64,000 nucleotides of DNA from Mobula hypostoma (GCF_963921235.1 NC_086108.1:53260001-53324000); one strand, 5' to 3'. Numbered from the stretch's first letter, positions 52,901 through 64,000 are shown. The notes: generated from the letters alone by a model not told the origin. Translations and numbers: made by a program.

Positions 52901-55900
52901 AATGGGAACTTACTCATGACCCAAGTCTGTCATACGAAGTTTGTCAACTTTGAGTATGGATAGATTTTTTTTTTGTATCTTAAAATGATGCTGCTTACTG
53001 AAGTATCCATGGTTGTGTCTGTGTATTTTAGCTGTAGTAGTCCTAAACAGGAATACATGATGATTCCCATCTGAGCTGCACGCAAAAGTCGCAACTTAAT
53101 GGTGCCATTTTACCAGAAGTTGGATGTTGCCAAGGGTAGAATGGTTTAGTTATGAACAGATATTAAGTCTGCTTTCCATGGACAGCAGACTAAGAAAGGA
53201 CATGACTGAGGAATATAAAATTGAGGGGTTAAGACAGGGCAGACTGCAAGAAACATCTCCCCTCAACAGAGGTGATTAAAATTAGAAGACATAGATTTAG
53301 GCCTGAAGAGTTACAGGGGATCTGATTTTTTTTTTAACCCAGAGACTGGTGAGGATATGGAATACACTGTCTGAGAGAGTGAATGGAAGAAGAGTCACTG
53401 ACAGAATTTAAGAAGTAACTGGAAGAGTACTTGATGACTTACACATAGAAGGCTATGGGCCAAGTGCTGGAAGATGGGATTAAAATGGATTGGTGGCCAC
53501 TGGTTGCTATGGATGTGGTGAGCTGAATGGCCTATTCTTATGCTCTATGTCTCATAGTTGAAATAGATGAGATCAGAAGCTTGCATATAAACCTTAGTAA
53601 TTCAGATATTGAAAGTGTAGAAAATTAAAGTATAAATGTATTCTCTTCAGCATAGCATTTTCACATTGAATCATATTTTTACACCCATCATAAAGAAAGA
53701 ATAAATTTGCATACATGAGGAAACTTCCATTAATGCCCCACCTCCCCTTCGTACCCCATCCGTTATTTATTATTTTATATATATATATATTTTTTTCTCT
53801 CTCTCTCTCCTTTTTCTCCCTCTGTCCCTCTCACTATACTACTTGCCCATCCTCTGGGCTTCCCCCCTCTCCCTTTCTTTCTTCCTAGGCCTCCTGTCCC
53901 ATGATCCTCTCATATCCCTTTTGCCAATCAACTGTCCAGCTCTTGGCTCCATCCCTCCCCCTCCTATCTTCTCCTATCATTTCGGATCTCCCCCTCCCCC
54001 TTTCAAATCTCTTACTATCTCTTCTTTCAGTTAGTCCTGACGAAAGGCCCCGGCCCGAAACGTCGACTGTACCTCTTCCTATAGATGCTGCCTGGCCTGC
54101 TGTGTTCACCGGTAATTTTTATGTGTGTTGCAATAAGTTTGCATATTTATGTTTAATCAACATTGTTTTCCTTCTGCAGCCTTCCTTACATTTATTGAGA
54201 CTATTAAATTACCATAATTTTGTATGCATTTTCCATTATGAATATTTCTGAAATTATCATCGACTATGTGGATTACAGCTAGTTTTGTAAAGTAATCTGT
54301 TTGTACAACAATAACTCAGCAAAACTGGAACACCAATTATACCTATTAGAAAGTAACGAAAATGAGTAAACACTGAACAATGTAACTGAATAAGAGATTA
54401 AGCAAAACTAGTGTCCAAATACATTATTAGTGTACCAGAGTATGTCCTAAAATGAGAATCCTTGGGAGTATAAGGACTAAGACGCTGTGTTCCAGTGACT
54501 GGTGAAAACATTTCCTTGGAAATCATGGGTTTCTTCTTACATGGTGTTTTCTCTGCTTCCTGCAAAATAAAAAAAAAACTCTCCCCTAGACACAATAATT
54601 CCTTTTGTTTCATTAACAAAAGTATTTACAAATTTTCATTTCCACAACACTTACCTTTTTTTCTAACTGGAGAGACCGTTTAACTCTAAAATATTAAAAT
54701 AAATAGGATTTGTTAAAAAAGGAAACAAGTAAATAACTTCTAAACTCCAAATCTAATATAATTTCTCATTCCAATGTTCTCTACATTGTACATTCAGTAA
54801 TGTATAGTACATTACTGTACTATATTATCTACAGTATATGAGATAATTTTTTTCATGTTCAGCGGCATTGGTTGCTTTTCAATTCCATCCCACAATATAC
54901 CTTAAGTTCACCCAATATCCATTGAAAAATATTCTCATATGGGATATTATCCAAAATACAGTTTCTAAATGAGTACAAAATCAGGCAATGTATCAATACA
55001 CTGTTTGGTAGTTAAAGGTTACAGACCAATGACCTAGTTCTTCTGATGTCCATTCATGTATACAGAACAAACACCGAGGCAAAACATCAGTTCCATCTCT
55101 GCTTCTCAACACAAGTTCATGATTAACACTGTAGTACATGGATTCTTCATTTCCCCTTGCAAAAAGATGAGGTTGGTTTGACAGATGAATAATTGAGTTT
55201 AATTATTGATTAAATGACCTAATAAGACTCCAAGAACAATCAATTGCAGCTGATTAATTGAAATATTTTTATGCTTAAAATTAATGACTGACCTTTCATT
55301 GATCCACTGACATGAAATCTGGCTTTGTCATTTAATGATCCTGTTTCACATCACATCAACAACATTGTTGCAATAACAAAACAATTTTTTGCAGGTTTGG
55401 GAATGAAGAATCAATACAACAATCAGATTAGCCATGATCTTATTATTGCTGTGCAAGCTTGAGAGACTGAGTTAGCCGAGTATAAATCTGCGTGTTCCAG
55501 TGTATGTTCAAATCATCATCCAATCAGTACTAATTAAGAAGCTTCAAAACCTGCACTCTCTACACATGACTGTGGGGCTACGCACAGCACACACAACATC
55601 TATAAATTTGCTGATTTTGTTGTTGTTGGCAGAATCTCAGACAGTGATGAAGAGGAATACAGGAGTGAGACACATCGGCTGGTTGATCGCTGTCGCAACA
55701 AAAACCTCACACCCAATGTCAGCAAAACCAAGGAACTTATTGTGAACCCTTACCAGCCCTCACTGAGGCATCAACAGTGGAAATGGTGAGCAGCTTGAAG
55801 TTCCAGGGCATCAGACATCTTGAAGGATCAATCATGAGCCCAACACATTGATGCAAATCATGAAGAAAGCACACTAGCAGCTATACTTCATTAGTTTATG

Positions 55901-58122
55901 GGGATCTGGCATGTAATTAAAGACTCTTGCAAACCTCTACGGTGAAGAGCGTTCCGACTGGTTACATCACTGCATGATATGGAGACTCCAATGTGCAGGA
56001 TCAAATGAGACATAGTAATTTTTATTCCTGCACTGTATTTTGCATGTGTCAGTGATAATAAACCTGATTCTGATTCATATTCATGCAGCATCTTTAATAA
56101 AGATGGATATTCCCAGGTATTCCATAATACTGCAAAATAAAGTAAAAATTTGGAAAGGCTGGCTGGAACTGCATGGTCAGAGAAGTGCGATTTTAGAAGT
56201 GTGTTAAATAGCAAAAACAGAGAAATTCCAAATTATTTGGCTAAAGCTAGGTCTGCTAATAGCAAGGAAGAAATGTAGAAAAGGACAGAAGAGGATGTTT
56301 CAGCAATAAAAGATTACAGAGATACAGAATCTCTTTTGTTTGAATTTGCACAAATGAGTTAAAGTGAATTTTTTAGGAATTGGGAACCAATGTGATTTGC
56401 TCTGTTGGGGCTCTAAGATTTTAACCAAATGTGTTGGGAGAGCAGGGAATCATTGGAAATAAGAAAAAAAAATTGATAAAGGTTTCATAACTCATCCAAG
56501 AATGAGTCTTTCCTATCTCTGACTCAGACACATCAGTACTAATTTTGTAATATACCTTGGGAAGCATCTTGAGAAATTTACTTTATTAAAGATGTCATAT
56601 AAATAGAAGCAATAACTTTTAGATAATTAGCCAAATACCATAGAGGTAGTGAAAGGATTAAAAAAAAAGCAAAGCAGTTTGTAGTTGGTACCATCAGCCT
56701 TATATGAACATACTGCAAAGCTGAAACCTAAGCCAATGGGATGAGCAAATGTATACAGTGTAATCGCAATCATTTTCAATAGAAGGGGAATCAGAATCAG
56801 CTTTATTCACTGACATGTTGTGAAATTTGTTTTTTAGCAGCAGTACAGTGCAATACAAAAACATATTGTAAGATAATAAAGATAAAAACTAAATATGTAG
56901 TGCAAAATGAGAGCAAAACAGCAAGGTAGCATTTATGAATCGTTCAGCTCGGCAGAGAAGATATTGTTCAAGAGTTGATTGTTGCTCTTCATCCTCCTTT
57001 GCCTACCCCGATGGTAGAAATGAGAAGAGGGATGCTCCAGGTGGTGAGAGTCCTTAATGATGGATGTTGCCTTCTTAAGGCATCATATTTTGAAGATGTC
57101 CTCAAAGCTGGGGAGGCTAGTGCATATGATTGAGGAGGCTGAGTTTACAACCCTCTGCAGCTTCTTCCAATTCTGCACATTGGCACTCCCAAAGGTGGCA
57201 ATGCAACCAGTCGGGATGTTCTCCAGGGTACATCTGTATTAATTTACTAGTCTTCAGTGACCTAACAATTCTCCTCAAAGTCCTAATGAAATATAGTTGC
57301 TGGTGTACTTTCCTGATAATTGCATCAGTATGTTGGGTCCAGGATAGATCTTTAGAGACATTGACACCCAGCAACTTGAAGCTGCTCACCCTTTTCACTG
57401 CCAACCCCTCAAGAGGACTGATGTGTGTTCTCCCAATCTTCCCCTTCCTCAAGTCCATAATCAATTCCAGTCTTACTGATATTGAGTGCAAGGTTGTGGT
57501 TTGACACCACTCAATCAGCTGATCTATCTCACTCATGTACACCTGCTCATCATTATCTGAAATTCTGCCTATAACAGTTGTGTTCTTAGCGAATTTATAG
57601 ATACCATTTGAGCTCTACGCAGTCATGAGTGCAAACCGTAGAACAGCGGGCCATGCATGCATCCTTGAGGTGCACCAGTGTTGAATGTCAGTGCGGAGAT
57701 ATTAATAGGAAAAGCGGGTGTGGGAAGCAGAGAAGGGAATGTACATTGTGAACTTAGTGCTGCACCTCTTCCCCACACACCACTTTCTCTACTTCACTCT
57801 CGCTTTATCCAATTACCCCTGCCCCACAATCCCTCCCTAACTCTCCGCGAACCACCCCAGTGAGCCCACCCTTTTATCCAGCATTCCTTTCTCCATCCAT
57901 CCTACTCTTCTCTCCTCTCCCCTCCCACTTCTCTCTCCCACTCTACTCCCGCCATTAATCCCAATCCCACTCCCCCTCCGCCTGCCCTGCCACCATTTCC
58001 CAGTTTCACATCCCACTTTCTCCTCTCTTCCCCCCTTTTCATCCCTCCCCTTTTAATTCCGCTTTTACTCCCTCTTTCCCCCTTCACTGCCTCGCACCCA
58101 CTTACGAGCGTTTCGGTCCCAT
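46892..58122 (-). CDS. ITGB3BP: ITGB3BP / CENP-R (NRIF3) spliced CDS, 7 coding exons, 154 aa: MGPKRSVKRSLQLEKKEAEKTPCKKKPMISKEMFSPVTGTQRLSPYTPKDSHFRTYSGAPELQTEKTTVSTRGQLNSDQKELNILRSKVEKSVLVIQSIRDKLSALKALENTKEFGYIIGAWNKSGDLATELRRNRELMAQVERSKRTAKVQER*
   Basis: Exons 58122-58106, 54685-54655, 54559-54436, 50116-50047, 49593-49515, 48461-48368 and 46941-46892 are joined by GT-AG introns with compatible phases (465 nt). Motifs VKRSL.L, SPxTGT, SKVEK and ALE...ELM match CENP-R as I recall it. The gene is head-to-head with EFCAB7, as in mammals. Confidence 0.9.
47311..47853 (-). mobile_element. CR1 3' fragment in ITGB3BP intron 6
   Basis: ESVQRRFTRMLPGL...RGDLIEVYKMMRG; tagaaacatagaaa tail. Confidence 0.88.
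48368..48461 (-). CDS. ITGB3BP: ITGB3BP coding exon 6 (ALENTKEFGYIIG...RNREL)
   Basis: tatttcag|GCT TTA GAG...CTT A|gtaagt; 94 nt. Confidence 0.88.
49515..49593 (-). CDS. ITGB3BP: ITGB3BP coding exon 5 (LNILRSKVEKSVLVIQSIRDKLSALK, coiled coil)
   Basis: aatatag|A TTA...TTG AAG|gttagt; 79 nt; carries the SKVEK motif. Confidence 0.88.
50047..50116 (-). CDS. ITGB3BP: ITGB3BP coding exon 4
   Basis: cctatag|GT GCT...AAA GA|gtgagt; 70 nt; phase 1 to 2, bridging the flanking exons. Confidence 0.82.
50410..53110 (-). mobile_element. Degenerate Rex1/Babar-like LINE (APE endonuclease + RT remnants) in ITGB3BP intron 3
   Basis: LPLPTILL.N.QSLENK, RDCCVLCFTE.WL, RGGGVCF.IN..WC, YIPP and VPTCFK fragments. 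Confidence 0.8.
53720..54131 (+). mobile_element. Solo Penelope pLTR in ITGB3BP intron 3
   Basis: Reverse complement of ~6689-7090; candidate TSD taaatttgcata / taagtttgcata. Confidence 0.88.
54032..54069 (+). ncRNA. Minimal hammerhead motif (stem II variant), antisense to ITGB3BP
   Basis: TAGTC CTGACGA aaggccccggccc GAAAC GTC GACTG. Confidence 0.6.
54436..54559 (-). CDS. ITGB3BP: ITGB3BP coding exon 3 (EAEK...FSPVTGTQRLSP...RTYS)
   Basis: ttttgcag|GAA...TCT G|gtacac; 124 nt; carries the SPxTGT motif. Confidence 0.88.
54655..54685 (-). CDS. ITGB3BP: ITGB3BP coding exon 2 (VKRSLQLEKK)
   Basis: ttttag|A GTT AAA CGG TCT CTC CAG TTA GAA AAA AAG|gtaagt; 31 nt. Confidence 0.88.
55500..56080 (+). 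mobile_element. Degenerate Rex1/Babar-like LINE 3' fragment
   Basis: Remnants of HDC...KFAD...VG.IS..DE..YR and KTKEL; aataaacctgattctgatt tail. Confidence 0.65.
56790..57700 (-). mobile_element. Degenerate Rex1/Babar-like LINE 3' fragment in ITGB3BP intron 1
   Basis: VKRVSSFKLLGVNVSKDLSWTQHTDAIIRK..QQLYFIR.LR; ctgattctgatt tail on the minus strand. Confidence 0.75.
58106..58122 (-). CDS. ITGB3BP: ITGB3BP coding exon 1 (MGPKRS)
   Basis: ATG GGA CCG AAA CGC TC|gtaagt; consensus donor; phase 2 fits the next exon; CpG-containing region. Confidence 0.8.
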
Positions 58123-58820
58123 TCTTAGATTTTGCGCCACGTGTTGCATTTTTATGTACCCGGAGTAACATCAGTTAGTGAAACGGTCCGTGCTTGGGGA
58201 AACTGCATCCTAATCTCCATTATCTTAATTTCGAATTTTAAAGAAGAGATAATTTGACAGTTTAAACTGGCAGATAGAACAACGCTTGAAGGAATTTTCG
58301 ATAACATGCAAATAGTTACGGGCCGTTGTTTACGATTGGTCAACAATTAACTATCTATCAGTGTGCTGCATAAAATCATTTTGTATTTGCCTTGATTGGA
58401 ACTGGAAAAGAAATAATCAAATCCAGGAGGTTCCGTAGACAACGTTTCAGGAACAGTTTATTTCCTTCCGCCATCAGATTTCTGAATGGACAATAGACCC
58501 TCAGTATTTTCCCTCTCTTTTTGCGTTTATTTACTGTAATACTTTTTTATTTACATAATAGTCATTTATATTTTTTATTATTTTGTATTGCAATGCACTG
58601 CTGCTGCAAACAACAAATTTCACGATATAAACTCGTGATATTAACTCTGAATCTGATTCTGAAAAGCGGAACCACCGTTTTGAGCCGAGTCCTTTTCGCA
58701 GTGGGACCGCGAGCTTCCGATTGGTTGCAGTTGTTGCTATGGTTGCGGAACGGCCTGGTCTGGGAGCAAGTGGTTAAGTGGGCGATTCAGCTCACCAACA
58801 CTTATTTAGGTATTATATAG
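58123..58820. promoter_or_regulatory. Divergent (bidirectional) promoter region for ITGB3BP and EFCAB7
   Basis: CpG-retaining patches at ~58090-58340 and ~58660-58790; ATTGG (CCAAT) boxes near 58335, 58395 and 58720; X-box-like GTTGCTATGGTTGC at 58733-58746; CHR-like TTCGAA/TTTAAA at ~58230-58266. Transcription start sites cannot be determined from sequence. Confidence 0.6.
58430..58662 (+). mobile_element. Short LINE-3'-end repeat between the two promoters
   Basis: ttcaggaacagt..ttccttccgccatcagatttctgaatgg...ctgaatctgattctga; homologous to copies at ~5900-6140 and ~9500-9710. Confidence 0.7.
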
Positions 58821-59850
58821 TCATAAACGACAACGTCTTAGAGAGATCAAATTTTTAATAAGCAGCCTTAAATGTTTTTCGTAAATAGGGGTGGTTTAAC
58901 AGCACGCGTTTTGTTTACCATTTAATAACTGGAGGAAGTGAAGTTAAAAGTTGTGAGGTACTGGAACGGAGAAAAGGAGGACACTGAACAGGTTTTCAGA
59001 ATATCAATAACGTTATGGCAAGGTGAATATGAAAGCTTTGGAGAACAGGTTTTGGAGATCATTTTGGTCATGGGTTTAGAGTGTATTTCCAGGAGATGTG
59101 AATGAAATAGAAGCCATTCCAGTTTAGAGGGAAGTTGGACAAATATTTGAAACAGTGGAAATTCCACAAGTGAGTCTTCACTGATATTAAAGTAGAATTC
59201 TATCCGTGTGAATAGGCATGCAATAAACCTCACATCTTTTAATTAGAATATGTTCAATTAAAATATCTGATTATAAGTTTCAGCTCAGATATTGTCAGTT
59301 CAGAACTATTAATAAATAAACAAGGATGAAAAGAATCCTAATGTTTTATGCAGGTAGATCTCTTAAATGAATTTCCAAGATTGTGCTTCTTCTATATATC
59401 AAGTGTAATTAATTTGTTCGTTCATAGTAAGCAATCTAACAAAGCCTTAAACCTGGCTTCTCAATGGACATTTGCTTGCTTTCTTAGAGGGGGTCTTTGT
59501 ATTACTGGTATTGTATATTTAATCTAAATGTTAATAAAAACAATGTGTCCCAACTCCCATCTTGGTTAAGATTAGTTAAATTAGTGGATCATCATTTGAA
59601 ACCAGGACTTTCTAAAGTTACAACAAGCTCTGCCTTTATTGAAATTCTACTTATTAATATATGACATATCTTACAACAGGCATTATAAATGTTAAGTATA
59701 TGATACAAAAGTAATTTTGCCATTGTTATTCATCTTTACTGGCTTGCTGATAGTTTTGGCAATGGTCTGTATTCCATAACAACCTTAACTCACTGCAAAA
59801 CTACTGACTGAAAATTTTAAAATGTCACAACTCTTTGTGAATTTTCCAGA

Positions 59851-60025
59851 ATGTCGAATCGGCAAGGATGGATCACACCTACTACAAAAAGATCAGCACA
59901 ATCTGAAGCTGGCAGATCTCAGTGCATTGAAGAAGAGACGTTTTATAGAAATTGCAGAGCAGCTTACCTGACAGTGTTTGGTACCACTTTGGAGAATATA
60001 ACTTCCAAGGATCAACTCTGCCTGG
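59851..60025 (+). CDS. EFCAB7: EFCAB7 first coding exon
   Basis: ttttccag|a ATG TCG...CTG G|gtaaat. The acceptor just before the ATG implies an upstream non-coding exon. Confidence 0.92.
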
Positions 60026-61207
60026 GTAAATTTTATTTAATCAAGTTCATACACTGTTTATAAATTAGTGTTTTGCAGTCAAACAGAAAATATATAAACA
60101 CCCTTGCAGAGTAATATGGGATGATGATAGATGAATGAAAGGGAGGTAACTTTAAATTCAGTTGTTTTATTTTTTTGCCACAGAAATTGCCAGCAATAAA
60201 TAAACGATATGATTAGAAAAAATAATTGGGCAACATCTTTCTTCTGAATACTTGACAGTACCAGAGAAAAACATTGTGGATGTGGGAAGTTTAAAATAAT
60301 AGCAGTTCCTAGATATTCTGAGATGAGTCAAATTAATTGAGAAATAACTGGTGTAAACATGAGCATGTTTACACTGATTAGAATTCCATTAAGTTAGTGA
60401 CCAGGTCTTTTGTTGACATTGGGGGGAAAGGTTGTTGTCATGACGCTGTGTCATTAGGCTCACTATCTCCTTTCTGAACTCCAGCTAGTTGTTATTGAGA
60501 TACAACTTTCTACAGTGGTGTCAAGGGATATGGGGAGAAGGCAGGAACGGGGTACTGATTGTGGATGATCAGTCATGATCACAGTGAATGGCGGTGCTGG
60601 CTCGAAGGGCCGAATGGCCTACTCCTGCACCTATTGTCTATTGTCATCCGAAAACTTGTTGACAGAGTTACAGCAGAATAAGTGGGCTGTAGTCATTAAG
60701 GCATATTACTTCATTATTCTTAGCTACCAAGATGATAATGGTCGTCTTAAAGCAGGTGGAAACTTCAGATTGAAGAAGGGAGAGGAAACAAAGTCTGCAA
60801 ATACCCTCCTCAGCTGATCTGTGCAGGACCTAAGGATATGGCCAAGGACAGTGTCTCGGCCAGTTGATTTCCGTGGATCATTCTTTGGAAGACTGATCTT
60901 ACATCTGTAATGGTTGTGAAAGGCTATTTATAAATGCAAGTCTGTATCTCTGTCTTCCCTTTTTTTTGTTAATTGTTAATGTGCTTAAATTATAGCTCTC
61001 CAGCAAGCTGGAAGGAATCCTTCCAGAAGGACACTTGGAAAGTACTGGACACAATTTACGAAGACGTTAAATTTTGATGACTTTTGTGAGATCTTGAAAA
61101 AAGAAGAACTAACAGATAAGAATGAATTGATGAAAGCTTTCAAAAAGATTGATTTAAATAATGATGGTTATATTGTGCAGGAAGAACTTTATAAAATACT
61201 CACTACT
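59851..61207 (+). CDS. EFCAB7: EFCAB7 (EF-hand calcium-binding domain protein 7), first two coding exons; gene continues beyond the window
   Basis: The spliced translation EEETFYRNCRAAYLTVF...SKDQLCL|ALQQAGRNPSRRTLGKYW...LNFDDFCEIL...FKKIDLNNDGYI matches the EFCAB7 N-terminus as I recall it. Divergent from ITGB3BP. Confidence 0.93.
60522..60645 (+). mobile_element. CR1 extreme 3'-end fragment in EFCAB7 intron
   Basis: Related to 19495-19610; ctattgtctattgtc tail. Confidence 0.8.
60996..61207 (+). CDS. EFCAB7: EFCAB7 second coding exon with EF-hand loop DLNNDGYIVQEE
   Basis: ttatag|CT CTC CAG...ACT ACT|gtaagt; 212 nt, open in frame. Confidence 0.93.
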
Positions 61208-61740
61208 GTAAGTGCTTTTTTCAGCCTTTGTTCAAAATAAATATTGGTCATTTCAAAATGCACCAAAGTTAGAAATTGAATCTTTCAGTAGTGTTATCAG
61301 AAGCCAATGTACCAGTCCAATATATTAGAATGCAAGGTCACAATGTATGGGACAAATACTTGAATATTATTTTAACTGAATACATGGACCTGTTTTCCAT
61401 GTAATTCTAAACATGGCTAGGTTGATTTGTGGACTTGTTACTTGATGGCAGGTGGATTGACTGAATGTAATGAAGCTTTGCATCCTTGCTCCCAAACGCC
61501 AAAATTGCAACATCATGTGCTCTGACCTCAAAAGGAATATTTGATTTTAAGTAATATACAGAAGAAAGTCTCCTCTCTGTCTCCCAAATGCAATCTTTTT
61601 AAAACATGTTTCGAATTCTTTTTTCTCAATGAAAAAGGAATTTTTCACTCTGGTTTCCTGGGCTGCATACGTCCAGGGAAGACCATCTCTGGCCCTGCCA
61701 AACATGAGGCACAAGCCCCACCCTCTATCTGTGTGGATGC

Positions 61741-62251
61741 TGTTACAAATTAATGCCACAAAGTAACAGACAGTACACTGTGTACGATTAAAGGAATTGT
61801 ATTTATGAATCTTAACTAAAGGGTTAGTAAAGAATAACAAAAAGTAAAGGGCCCATTCTAATTAAACAGTCAAATGTGCACAAGTTGGAGCTCATCTTGA
61901 ATTTCTCTGTCACCCACCCGCTGGGCCCTTGGTCAATGTGAAAGCACACGCTACCTTCCAAACTTCGCTCGCAATTCATCTCGAAAAAATGGGTCTCCCA
62001 CTGGATCGTATGCTACAACCGGTTCTCCCCAGCGTATTCTCTCTTTATCTCCTCTCAAACAAAAGCCCAACACCAATCTTATTGTCCCTCACTGAGAAAA
62101 ACCTCCTGCTAATTGGATGGCACACATTCCACATCATCCCTTATCTTCAACAATAACACAAACAGGCTGAAAGTAGAACAAGTAGCTCTTACAAAGCTGC
62201 TAAATGAAATACCTACAGCATAACAGTAAAGATGTGAACCAGGGCACGGCA
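61741..62251 (-). repeat. Possible solo LTR
   Basis: ~510-bp block bounded by TG...CA, compositionally distinct from its flanks; no clear TSD. Confidence 0.35.
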
Positions 62252-62294
62252 TGAAGATGACAACAATTCAAGAGCTGGAAAATTTCAGAGTAAC

Positions 62295-63490
62295 TGGCTT
62301 GTTTTTTTTTGTAATTTTTTTAATTGAAGTTCATCAAACAAACATTTCCATCTGATGTACTTCAGATACTGTACATATATATCTAATATTTGTCACAAAT
62401 CTCCACATAATATTTGTCTGAGGTATACACTTATAGAAAGGAGAGGAAAGAAAGAACAATCGAAAGAAGAAAACTATGTACAAAGTAGGGAGTGATTTTT
62501 TTTTACAACATATTCATTGACTTGTGAGTATAAAATCAGGCCGATGAGGTGTTATGGAGTTAAACCATTTTTCCCAGTATGAATCAAATTGTTCCAACTT
62601 ATGATTAACAGATGCTGTTACCTTCTCTATTTTGTAAATGTCCATTGTAATTTCCATTCATACATTTAAAGTTGGACTTTCCTGTGATAATCATTTCCTG
62701 GTAAGGGCCTTTTTACCAGTCACCAGCAGTATATTCACTAAATATTTATCTCTTTTCAACCATTCTTGAGGTATATACCCAAAATATATGGTCTTACTCT
62801 CTAAGAGTATTTCACATTTAAAGATGTCTTGTAGGGCATTATGTATCCCACTCCAATAGTCTCTGATAATGGGGCATTCCCAGAAAATATGATAATGGTT
62901 TGCATTTTGATTTCCACAATTTCTCCAGCAAACAAGGAGGTTACTATCATAATGGGATTTCTGAGAGGGTGTAATAAAATATCAAGTGTTTCCACCCAAA
63001 TTCCCTCCATTTCTGTGAACTGGTACACTTCCATTGATACCTCCATAATATTGTCCAGTCTTCCTCAGATATTATTATCCCTCCTTCCTTCTCCCATTTT
63101 GTTTTAAAGTATGAAGTTGAATGTGTTTTAAGATTTGACAAACCCTTATACACGCTTGAAATGATTCTACTACCGTTGTCTGAATTATATGCTTTTCTAA
63201 ATACAGTAACTCTATCAGACATGTACTTTCCTTGGTTACATTCTTAACCGTCCTATTAACATACTGTCGCATCTGTAAATACTGGTAAAAGCCTTGTTTT
63301 TCTAATAAGTGTTTCTCTTTGAGCATTTCAAAACTGAACAGTGTTCCTTCTTTCATTATATTGCAAATAGTTGTCATTCTTTTAGCTGTCCAGTCCTTAA
63401 ATCTAGCATCCAGTTTATTCGGCGCAAAATCCGAGTCATATGCACACCATTTAAGAATTGCAATGTTTCTGGCTATGTTTTTATACATTA
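62295..63490 (-). mobile_element. L1-clade LINE 3' fragment (ORF2 C-terminus with Cys/His knuckle)
   Basis: KTKWEKEGGIIISEEDW..LW..QWKCTSSQKWREFGWK and CWRNCG...HIFWECP across frameshifts; A-rich tail on the minus strand. Confidence 0.8.
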
Positions 63491-64000
63491 AGTAAGTCTA
63501 CCTCAATGCAGCATGTAAATCTGATCCTGTACACACATCAATGCAATTTACGACAAAGGGTGACTGAAGAGTTATCAACAAAAATAGTCCTGGTGCTTTT
63601 ATTTTGCCCCATCTTTTATTTGAGCCTGTCATAACATTGGTAGTTCTGGTTGCAGTTCATCATTATAGGATGATGATGAACCAATAATCTGTCCAATTGG
63701 TATGAGTTTTCAAATCGCACATAAGGTTGATCTCTAGGCTTAGTGTATACCTTTTTTGAACTTCCTAAATTTTCTTCTCATGAGTCAACAGTGTGAAAAT
63801 AAAAGCAAGGTAGAATACAAGAAAGATACAAGAAAATGAAGGTGCTCCATACAGGATCTTGGCCATACCTCTGCCTTCATTTATGCTGCCTGATCTGCTG
63901 AATTCCTCCAGCAGTTTGCTTTTTTGCTGTTGGGGAATTGAGGTCTAAGAAATTACAGAAGGGTTTTTTTTTTCTGAAGCCTCAAAGTCTTTTGATCAAA

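Noticed and set aside
54795..54817. Perfect 10-bp hairpin cagtaatgta-tag-tacattactg
   Set aside because: Short, AT-rich and isolated; plausible by chance or local template switching.
58152..58346. Upstream minus-strand ORFs or alternative ATGs for ITGB3BP
   Set aside because: Their donors or phases do not fit exon 2; the ATG at 58122 has a consensus donor in the right phase.
1..64000. CRISPR arrays, prokaryotic operons, rRNA or endogenous viral genes
   Set aside because: None seen; all long ORFs are explained by retroelements, and the genes are spliced eukaryotic genes.

Overview
Repeat-rich vertebrate genomic DNA, most likely from a cartilaginous fish and probably a ray (inferred from the CR1/Penelope/SINE repertoire, not proven). 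Two host genes lie head-to-head at the right end. ITGB3BP/CENP-R is on the minus strand, with 7 coding exons reconstructed by hand (58122 to 46892, 154 aa). EFCAB7 is on the plus strand, with its first two coding exons at 59851-60025 and 60996-61207, and it continues beyond the window. The left ~45 kb has no gene I can recognise and is dominated by transposable elements. An old CR1 LINE spread over ~20 kb (about 16380-36500) contains a pol-deleted BEL/Pao LTR element, which itself contains nested younger CR1s. The same old CR1 also holds SINEs and a Tigger-like element. Elsewhere there are Penelope-like (GIY-YIG) elements whose terminal repeats carry minimal hammerhead ribozyme motifs, Rex1/Babar-like and L1-like LINE fragments, and a hAT MITE. 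I found no system I can call clearly new. The best leads are the hammerhead motifs, a fold-back Penelope insertion, the four-layer nest and the truncated CENP-R C-terminus. Repeat boundaries without a stated TSD are approximate. Homology calls come from recalled sequences, not searches.
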